A stretch of 63,976 bases of DNA, counting the filler, from Corallochytrium limacisporum Hawaii (lineage: Eukaryota; Protista; Pluriformea), in NCBI GenBank assembly GCA_002811645.1. It is 5 parts of 5 records of this genome, joined end to end, with 100 filler letters (N's around TTAATTAATTAA, not from the genome) between each part and the next. Parts side by side here need not be neighbours in the genome. Positions count along the whole stretch, not along the records: positions 43,262 to 61,111 come from PDIP01000019.1; positions 61,212 to 62,409 come from PDIP01000227.1; positions 62,510 to 63,976 come from PDIP01000152.1; 2 more parts are not named here. One strand, 5' to 3'. Positions within the stretch are counted from its first letter, which is position 1. Every line of letters starts with the position of its first letter. Below, piece after piece: positions 55,493 to 63,976 of this stretch. The notes under the pieces are model-generated. The model saw nothing but the letters and a program-made list of their open reading frames with translations. It was not told the origin of the DNA and searched no databases. The translations under genes and the position numbers were made by a program.

Positions 55493-56800
55493 GACTGAAG
55501 TGGGTCGTGAGGAGCCCTTCTACAGACTGCTTTCCGCACAGATTAAATTTTCTTTTTAGTGCACAAGAGGCATGCCTTCCCAGAGATCAATGGTGCAATT
55601 CACATGTTGTGCGACGCAACACACGCTTTGCCCGCTCAAAGTCTTTTGCCAGACAATTCGAATGCGAGACTCGGTTGGGCTTCTATATCGCGGCATAAGT
55701 TCTACAGATCGATTTTCTTGAATACCATAGATGTGGTCCCACTGTCGCCCAACGGCGAAAAACGAACAACAAGCCGCCCCCAACCCGACCAAGACCCACC
55801 ACCGCACGCACAGTGGAGGGAAACAAAGACAGAACCAAGCCACAAGCGGGGCGCCGTTGTCCGTCCTTCCACCCCCAACTCTGCGAGTGTCGCCCTCACA
55901 GCTGACTTGCTGCCTGTCACTCGTTGCTCTTCTCCCACCGGAACTTCGTTCGTGCAAAAATGTTCAGAAGGAAGAGCCCCCGGCCCCACCATTCACAAAC
56001 CACTTTCCACCCTGTGATTTTTCGTATTTTTGGCCAATTCCTTTTTTTGCAAATTTCCCTCTGGGTGAACGATAGAACGATATGCATGAGTTCGTCCAAT
56101 AAACCTGAGGTACCCTACGCATGCCCAAACCGTGCCAAGGTAGACACGCAGTCCCAGACTGCACCAGCAGTCAAAAGTCCACGGAAACCACACTGCTGCG
56201 TCGGCCAGCGTCCGCAACCTCACCCAGTAGTGGTGCTCACAAAATAGACACCAGCAGAAAGTATAGGAAATTAAGGTGTTTTGTCCAATGGTTAGGAAAC
56301 CATCACGTCATGCGCGTGTGTTTTCCGCGATGCGCGATAGGTGGTCCAGCCTTTCCCATCACAACCACTCGCACACCCTCTCCGCTTCTCAGCTTTTGGT
56401 GAAGTGACAACTGAAATGACATAACACTGGTACCATTGTGCTCGAACGATATTTATCAGTTCATCTCTTTGGCGGTGGGAGGGTGTTATTGAGAGGAGCT
56501 TGTTGGACCCAGATTTTGGGGAATCCATTTCTTATAGTTTAGAAAGGGAGTCTATTTTTTTCACGGCAGGTGGTTTGGTTTTTCCTTTCGGGAGGTAGTA
56601 CGTCACGCACTTGAACTTGCGTACCATGGCTGGTCCATCTGGTGGCGGGCGGGTCAGACTAGTGCATTCGGTTCGCAGGTACATGCACCATTTTATGTGC
56701 CTAAAGGTTGAAAACGCAGTCGAGCACCTTATTTCCATGCGGATCAATGTGGCTGAGATGAGCTATCTGCCCTATCTGCAGCAGACCGTTGTCGCAGACG

Positions 56801-57937
56801 ATGATCCCAAAACTCATTCCCCTGCGATGTGCTTCGGAAGGGATAACATATCGTACATTGGGGAAATTGGTGAGCAGGCCGGTCTACAATTCTGTTAAGT
56901 CAATACAAACCTTTGCGCCAGTAGCCATGGCCCAGAAGAAAGTGTTCGCCACTCGGAGTAACATCCCCCAGAAGGCTTTGGACTTGATCAGAGAAGACAA
57001 CACAGTGGACCTAGAAGTATGGGATTCAGAGGAAACGATTCCCCGCGATGTGCTACTACGCAAGATTGTTGGATGCCATGGATTATTTGTGGTGCTTACA
57101 GAGAAGATTAATTCTGAAGTCTTGGATGCCATGGGTAGTCAGTGTAAGGTAGTGAGCTCAATGTCAGTAGGGTACGATCATATCGATGCCGAAGAGTGTA
57201 AGAGGCGTGGAATTTCGGTGGGCATTACTCCAGAAGTCCTTACATCAGCGACCGCCGATACAGCTGTCACTCTGTTGCTTTGCCTGATGCGTAGAGTTCC
57301 TGAAGCCCTTTCATCTGTGAAGGATGGATCCTGGGATAAGTGGACCCCTAGCTGGATGTGCGGGCCGGACATTCGTGACAAGACAGTCGGTGTCATCGGT
57401 TTGGGTCGCATCGGAACAGCCATTGTACAGAGGTTACAGCCTTTTGGCATTGGTGATGTGCTATACTGGGGAAGGACCGCAAAGCCCGATACTGAGAAGG
57501 AGATCAAAAGCGATCATGTATCCGGAAGCAGTCGCAAAGTAACTTTTGTGCCGGAACTCCATAAGCTCCTAAACCGGAGTGATATTGTGATAATCAGCTG
57601 CGTCAGCAATGCAGATACACAGGGACTCATTGGTGCACCAGAGCTTGAGTCGATGAAGAAAGATGCTTTGTTGATCAACATCGCGCGTGGTAATATTATC
57701 AAGCAGCCTGATCTAGTGGATGCACTCCACAAGCGATCAATTGCGGGCGCTGGACTAGATGTGACAGTGCCAGAACCTCTGCCGCTCGATGATCCTCTGC
57801 AAAATGCACCGAATCTGGTTATCTTTCCGCACATTGGCAGTAGCACTTGGAGAACAAGGGAAGCTATGGCTGTACGGGCAGCGCACAATCTACTTGCAGG
57901 TATCCATGACAAACCATTGCCTTTTCCAGCTCCGTAG
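56801..57937 (+). CDS. GRHPR: Glyoxylate/hydroxypyruvate reductase (D-2-hydroxyacid dehydrogenase)
   Basis: SMSVGYDHID, TPEVLT.ATAD, GVIGLGRIG, INIARG, AGLDVTVPEPLP, PHIGS. Core starts at ATG 56927, with an in-frame upstream ATG at 56801. Confidence 0.92.
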   Translation: MIPKLIPLRCASEGITYRTLGKLVSRPVYNSVKSIQTFAPVAMAQKKVFATRSNIPQKALDLIREDNTVDLEVWDSEETIPRDVLLRKIVGCHGLFVVLTEKINSEVLDAMGSQCKVVSSMSVGYDHIDAEECKRRGISVGITPEVLTSATADTAVTLLLCLMRRVPEALSSVKDGSWDKWTPSWMCGPDIRDKTVGVIGLGRIGTAIVQRLQPFGIGDVLYWGRTAKPDTEKEIKSDHVSGSSRKVTFVPELHKLLNRSDIVIISCVSNADTQGLIGAPELESMKKDALLINIARGNIIKQPDLVDALHKRSIAGAGLDVTVPEPLPLDDPLQNAPNLVIFPHIGSSTWRTREAMAVRAAHNLLAGIHDKPLPFPAP

Positions 57938-58127
57938 ATTAGATACCGTAGTAATATAAGTGTTGGATGGTTCGTCATTGTAATATTTATTCCACTGAGT
58001 GCGACCATGTTTCCGCTTGTGGTACACAGCTGCACTCGTCTACTGCTGCGATCCGCATATCCCTTGGTTCCCTTCTGACGTTTACAGTTTGACAATTGCC
58101 ACGGGACCGTTGAAGAGTGGATCAAGT

Positions 58128-59831
58128 TCACCATTCCGTCAGTTCTGTCTCGCGCCACTTGTACGATCCTGGTGTCAAGAATTGAGAGTACCACTTCCTT
58201 AGCCTTTTGATGGGCCCGTCCTCTTTCACAAGCAGGGGGTTCTTGGCGAACGTCTTGTTCTCCCAGATCAGCACGTCATAGCTCCACTGTGTGATCCAGT
58301 TACCTACAACGTAGCTGACGAGGGCACGCGGCATGCTACGTTCAGCATACCACACAAACTGGGTGCGCTGTCTCAGAGGCTCGACAGGAAGATGGGTATG
58401 TTGCAGAATAATGTTACCAAGTGGAGTGAAAAAGTGGAAGAAGACAACCCCACCGGGTCCGTAGAAGTGGATCTCAGCGTGAGCGTCGGTGTGGGACAGG
58501 CGCTTGCCGAACCACTGTAGATGAGCCTTGTCACGGAAGACGGCCTTCCACGGTTCTTCGTCAGACGGGTTCCACTCCGCAATGTGGTGCACACGCATGC
58601 CTGGGATTGTGATGGAAGTCCATGGAACGCACATGACCCCGTGCAAAGGATCAAAGTGCGCAAAGTCCGCTGAATTTTCGGCGAATTCTTGCAAATGCAT
58701 GTGTACATCCTGATCATAGCGGCCTCGGTATGCGTATTCCAAGTTGTGCACTTCAGGGATGATGGGAATTTCGTACTCAGGTTCTGCTCCGTCAGCGTGG
58801 TGCCACATATAGACGGAATGGTTGCGCTCAAGAACGGGATAGCTCTTGGTTTTCAGAGCACTATTGGTCCTTTCGGCGTAAGGTATATGGGTGACCTTGC
58901 CGTCTCCACGAAACTGCCACCGATGGAACGGACACTCCACACAATCGCCGACCACACGGCCACCCGCCGTAAGATTCGCACCCATGTGGGGACAGTATGC
59001 ATCCAGACAATGCACCTTACCATCATCTTCCCCGCGAAAGATGGCGATAAGCTTGCCAACGAATTCAATCTCCTTCAGCGCACCTACGGGCAGATCTCCG
59101 GAGTCACACACCTTGTACCAACCATTAGGGTATGGCGGGGGGTAGTCCGCAAGCCGATTTCTGCGGCTACGTGCATTCTTGACCCGCAGGCGCTTGTATT
59201 CAGGAATAGTACTTTCACGTCTCATGACCTGGTGAGCGATAAAGGCATGGCATACAAATCCTACCGAAAACATCGCACTAGTAAGCGCCATGAGTGACCC
59301 ACCGAGCAAGTGGACGGAAATGCTGGACACAACAAACGGAGACACTACGCCCATTGTGATCAACCCAACAGTGCTGGTCATGAAGGTCCGGTTGTCCAGG
59401 CTAAGAAACGAGTTCTCAGTCGGAATGACATCCGAGTATGCCATGACAAAATGACCCAGGAAAAACACAGAGGATAGGTACGCAAACGTGATTAATGTCA
59501 GCACCAATGGGGACTGTCCTGTTTCCTCATCACCACTGCTAGATATCAAACTGTTCACTGCATAAGTGAAGAGAAAGGCCGTTCCCCAGTTCCAAATCCG
59601 CACACCACTCCAACTCGTCGGGATGAGTCCCCTGGTTTGGTCGAAGAAGAGATTGAGCAATGCTTTGTCATTGATGGTGGCAGCAGTGAGGAGCAGAATT
59701 ACGATAATGGAAGATGTGCGATAGACTTCTCCCATGCGGTACCGTTCTTGGGAGACTCCGCCATCCGTATAGGTGGACTCCGTGAACCAACCAAAGAATT
59801 CGTTGACATTCTTAACTGCTAGACTAGTCAT
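58128..59831 (-). CDS. Neverland/DAF-36-type Rieske sterol C7(8)-desaturase with an extended membrane N-terminus
   Basis: PPPYPNGWY, Rieske DAYCPHMGANL...ECPFHRW, mononuclear iron motif ENSADFAHFDPLH, DVLIWENK...PLLVKEDGPI...R.WYSQF. Confidence 0.9.
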   Translation of the reverse strand: MTSLAVKNVNEFFGWFTESTYTDGGVSQERYRMGEVYRTSSIIVILLLTAATINDKALLNLFFDQTRGLIPTSWSGVRIWNWGTAFLFTYAVNSLISSSGDEETGQSPLVLTLITFAYLSSVFFLGHFVMAYSDVIPTENSFLSLDNRTFMTSTVGLITMGVVSPFVVSSISVHLLGGSLMALTSAMFSVGFVCHAFIAHQVMRRESTIPEYKRLRVKNARSRRNRLADYPPPYPNGWYKVCDSGDLPVGALKEIEFVGKLIAIFRGEDDGKVHCLDAYCPHMGANLTAGGRVVGDCVECPFHRWQFRGDGKVTHIPYAERTNSALKTKSYPVLERNHSVYMWHHADGAEPEYEIPIIPEVHNLEYAYRGRYDQDVHMHLQEFAENSADFAHFDPLHGVMCVPWTSITIPGMRVHHIAEWNPSDEEPWKAVFRDKAHLQWFGKRLSHTDAHAEIHFYGPGGVVFFHFFTPLGNIILQHTHLPVEPLRQRTQFVWYAERSMPRALVSYVVGNWITQWSYDVLIWENKTFAKNPLLVKEDGPIKRLRKWYSQFLTPGSYKWRETELTEW

Positions 59832-61111
59832 TATGACTCTGAAGTACTCCCTCTGGTCCTCTGGCTTTCAGTACTGAATCAAGCACGACGCAAGGGATGG
59901 GACCCGTGCTTTGCGAGACCGCTCGCTCTCGGGTAGCTGATCCGCCTATTACGTTGCCTAGGGAATCTGGTATGTACGTCAATTTCTTTTGATTTCGCGA
60001 CTTTACTCTACATTTGTACCTTTACGTTCCCATCATCAATGGCGCAATGCGAACGCAGAGGATGGCTCTTGTGCAGACCCGTCTGTACCCGCTGTCCATC
60101 CCGACCACCAAGTGGCGGCGGCGCAGAACCTAGGGAGCGGGCGAGTCTCCTCGGTCCAAAAAGAGATGTTCGGGAGAGGGGCGCAGGAAAGAATGGGAAG
60201 AGAAACAACCAACACGGCGGTGGTACTCCACATCTGATGCACACATCGAGTGCCTGGAATGCAGAAGCAATAGTTCAAGAGCCCCAGCTGCTCCTGCGCA
60301 CATTAGTCGAAGGGGAAAAGAAGCCCAGGACTGGGGCGTAGGTTTTCGATCGCTCCACAGTCTGCTGACCTCCTGGGTCATGTCCTCTCCTCATAAATTT
60401 TCATTCGTAATGAATATAACCCGCCCGTGGTGCTGTCTCCATACCCTCTCCACGTAATGCGATCAGCACAAGCAAAGAAAAAATACTGGAGAAAACTCTA
60501 GGGACATGATCATTACAATCCCAAGTAGGAAGGAAAATGAGAAGAAGGGGGGAGGCACTCCGATTCGATTGGACTGTTACACACACACACACACCTCTCC
60601 AAGCTTCTTCTCAGGTTCATGGCTATTTAACCATAGCGATCCAAGAGCAAGATCCAAACGAAGGAAACATCCTTTTAGTAAACAAGAGATCCTCCTCCCC
60701 GCTCTCTGTCTCTTTCTCCCGCCTCATCTGCCCCTCCAAACCCCAACCAAAACTGGCCCCGTTCGGACGGTCAGTCACAGAGGGTCCCCGGTTTCGCAGG
60801 GGAGGTAAATGACGGCGTTTGTTACGGCCATTTTGCCCAGGCGAAGCCCGCCCCCCCCACTCTTCCGGCTCCCCAGTTCTCTCTTTTTGCGGTGTACAGG
60901 GAGCACCGACAGGATCCTCCTTGGTCTCGGGAGTCTATTTTATCTGGGTTGGGGTTTCCCTTAGCGGGGAAGGTGAATATGCTCGAACTCTGGTTCCCCC
61001 AAAAAAGTAAAAACAAAAAAAAAAGTAAAAAAAGCAGGCAGGATTTTGTACCAACCTCTGCCCCATAAGTTAAGGAGGAATCTGCCTAAAAACATGCACC
61101 GAAATATAAGG

Positions 61112-61211
61112 NNNNNNNNNNNNNNNNNNNNNNNNNNNNNNNNNNNNNNNNNNNNTTAATTAATTAANNNNNNNNNNNNNNNNNNNNNNNNNNNNNNNNN
61201 NNNNNNNNNNN
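61112..61211. other. Artificial contig spacer
   Basis: 44 N + TTAATTAATTAA + 44 N. Confidence 0.97.
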
Positions 61212-62409
61212 TTTTTCGACGACTACGAGATCTTCGATGTCAAGTTAATGTGAAAAGGCTCAATTTTTTGAAGTACACTTAAGTGTTTATTCAATCCGTA
61301 AACGAAATATTTGAAATTGATTTGGTGTATAATGATATTTAATAATAATGATAATAATCAAAATATATATTACTCAATCATGATTAAAAAGAGTGATCGG
61401 GGTTCTCGTTTTCGTGCGATTTGTCTCATACTTAGGAGACAGAGGGTGGTATATCACTGCGCGGGAACTCGAGAGTGCTTGCCAAGACCGACCGGGTCGC
61501 TGGAGAACATCGGTGGACAGCGCACTCCATGTGGTAATATCTGCTTCACTCCCAAATTTCTTCAATCAAATTCTCCACTCACTCGGTACCGAGAACGCAA
61601 ATCCCCCACTGCCCCAGCAAACCCAACGAAAGGACTTCCGACACAGGGACAATATGACCCGAGTGCGTGGGTGCCCGCAATGAGGGCCCAAGGTTCACCT
61701 TAACCGGATACTGTAGGCACGGAAGTAAGAAATCAACGAAATGAATTTTTGTCGGGCACAAACGAATCTATCAATATTGCTCTTGCTGAGATCAACACTA
61801 TCAGCAGGAGGGTGGGATATCTTTGACCGGTGGAGTGTATTCGTGTCCCACCTCTGCGCTCTGAGGAGGGCTGTCCGACTCTGCGGCAGAAAACAATTAT
61901 CATACGCACACACACATGCACAGTGCTACCACCACCATGTACGATGAGGGTGTTCTTCCGAGCTTGATGTGGCTGACGCCTTGTGAATCAATAATGTATG
62001 AGACTATATGTTGGATCATCCGAGCCGCACGGAATGTGCTGCCCCATAAACCGTCTGTGTGAGTATACGGAAGGGAACGTGCTCACCAACGCTTCAAAAT
62101 TTCCCACTATGTACCCTAAAAAACGTATCCGAACGACGTGTACTACCACAATCCCTACGATAGCGACCTGTAATGTCCAGGAGTTGCCTCTATCTCGGTA
62201 ACACCTTCTTTGAGATTCCGGCTCTTTCCGAGGTTGACCACGGGAGTACGGAAAACGGTTTTACCAAAAGACGTAAAGAGCGCAAAGGGTGGCAGTAGGT
62301 TATCTTGCCCATAGAAAACGTCACACGTAAAAGATACTCGCGGCCGATAAATAAGGAAACTTTGCACCACCTTCCTTCGGCCAAACCTGGACCCAGCCGC
62401 CCCTCCCCC

Positions 62410-62509
62410 NNNNNNNNNNNNNNNNNNNNNNNNNNNNNNNNNNNNNNNNNNNNTTAATTAATTAANNNNNNNNNNNNNNNNNNNNNNNNNNNNNNNNNNN
62501 NNNNNNNNN
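62410..62509. other. Artificial contig spacer
   Basis: 44 N + TTAATTAATTAA + 44 N. Confidence 0.97.
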
Positions 62510-62531
62510 ACCCTAACCCTAACCCTAACCC
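62510..62531 (-). repeat. Telomeric (CCCTAA)n tract at the start of contig E
   Basis: ACCCTAACCCTAACCCTAACCC forms the first bases of the contig; correct telomeric orientation. Confidence 0.85.
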
Positions 62532-63976
62532 ATGATGGGATGTGCCGTGAAAGTGCATTTGCGCACACTGGCCCATATTTGTCATTGCCGTCACAAGTTT
62601 ACTCATTTTGTGGTTTCTGTGTTTGCCTGACATGGGCCTGGCTCTACGAAGAAATCTGTGATCTGTTGGGGGTGCGTAGAATATAGAACGATGTCGAGTT
62701 TTGACATTGCGCGAAAGTGCCATACTCCTGAACAGAAGGTGTCGAGCCCGGAACTTCTGTTTACGTTAACGGTGTCACTTACCGTTAGTACCCCGAACCA
62801 AACCGAAATTGGAGGGGAACGAGTTGGGAACAGAGAAGTCACAAAGAATGTTTAGCTGAGCCCTACTACCACCTCGGAATCCTTTATCGACTGCAAATGA
62901 ACGCAAGGAGATAAAACAGTGGGAGAGGGCGGGCAATTTCTCTTGCGTGAAGTTAACCGCATGGTTGCCTGTTGCCTGTTTCCAGACACTGGCTCACGCG
63001 AGCCGGTACAATTGAGGAGAATCCACCCCTGTAAACAAATGTTTGGCGATCTTTGTTGAATGCATTCCCGAATGGAACCGAGGCTTCGGTCGGAAATGAC
63101 TTTCCTTTTTTTGGCTTTTCTTTTCCTTTGGTTTGCTCGACCTTAACGACCGGAGGGATGGGACACAAAACTTGCCAAATGGGCTGACAGTGGTGGGAGG
63201 AGTACTGTTGGGCAGGTTTGTGCTCAGTCGCGCAGGTGCCCCTGGAAACCTGGTCGAGAGTGAATCACATGCACGCTCCCAGCGTCTTTCTCTGCTGGTA
63301 AACAAGTATGCAACGCTGAAAGCATTAAGTCTTGTATACCACCGCACTCCTGGTGGAATCCACCAAAGTTTGATAAACCCGCACCAATGGCCACTTTGTC
63401 TCTGAACAACAGAGCGGCGGTAGGACTAACAATTCTTCTTGGTACAGCGGGGTGGAAACTGTGTGTCAGAAGCCTGCTCCAGAGGTTTGATAGTACGGTA
63501 TTGAGCAGGGCAGTGTGGCAGAGAAACCGTCGGTGTTCGAACACAACTGTGATCGTTGTACTACCATTCGCTGGTGTTTCACACCAAACTACGTTCAGTT
63601 CCCATGTGAACAGCGCATTAGCACATTTACACAAGTAACATCATCGACTTAACACAAGGATGCCTTCAGATGGAATGTGGATCTGGTCGAGGCTACATTA
63701 ACCCGTACCACAACGTCCATTGGTGCAGGTATCTTGTATACTGCATATTGTAGCGTGGTACCGGTGGTACCAACTTGGGCAGTCAATTGGTATCTGAGGC
63801 AATACACTCTGGTGGATCAACATACCGTTTTTCTTCTGTGTCCAAACCTTGGAGCCTGGATAAGATATGTTTCTTCAACACTCTTATCCCAAGTACCACC
63901 CTCTGTCTGGTATGTCAGGGTCAAAACTCCGAAAAACTTGACTCCCGAGGATCTTTTTCAATCTTGATTGTATAAT

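Noticed and set aside
56626-56898. 90-aa ORF with faint Sm/LSm-like spacing (RRYM...LK...MR...MS...GRDNISYI)
   Set aside because: Lacks the invariant Sm1 Gly, Asp and Asn residues and overlaps the probable GRHPR presequence; would need an HMM hit to be credible.
61212-63976. Short ORFs in contigs D and E
   Set aside because: No recognisable motifs, mostly non-ATG starts, and stops in all frames; no transposon or CRISPR signature seen.

Overview
Eukaryotic nuclear DNA, gene-dense and essentially intron-free. The gene set (LST2/ZFYVE28, Neverland-type Rieske desaturase, animal/fungal-like Rab7, NF-YB) and TTAGGG telomeres suggest a unicellular opisthokont, probably a holozoan; an intron-poor species such as Corallochytrium is a guess. 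The window is not one locus. It is five contigs joined by artificial 100-nt spacers (44 N + TTAATTAATTAA + 44 N): A 1-25583, B 25684-43161, C 43262-61111, D 61212-62409, E 62510-end. About 20 protein genes are recognisable: UBC8/UBE2H, RAB7, a PZP chromatin reader, divergent RPS16/RPL13, an RlmN-type radical SAM methyltransferase, ALG12-like, NF-YB, mitochondrial aconitase, LST2, organellar-type AlaRS, PKA-R, a DHRS12-like SDR, an F-box/XPA-domain fusion, a secreted orphan, an Fpg/Nei glycosylase, HSF, a CBM48-PFK2/FBPase2, GRHPR and Neverland. Most notable signals: (1) three of eight visible contig ends are correctly oriented telomere tracts joined directly to unique sequence, two of them within 1 kb of a gene, hinting at many very small chromosomes or de novo telomere addition; (2) an iron-responsive-element-like hairpin (CAGUGU loop, bulged C) upstream of aconitase; (3) three genes in contig B need a recoding or atypical splicing event, or carry sequence errors; (4) unusual domain fusions (F-box+XPA, CBM48+PFK2, multi-TM Neverland). 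All family calls come from motif recognition by eye, not from database searches.
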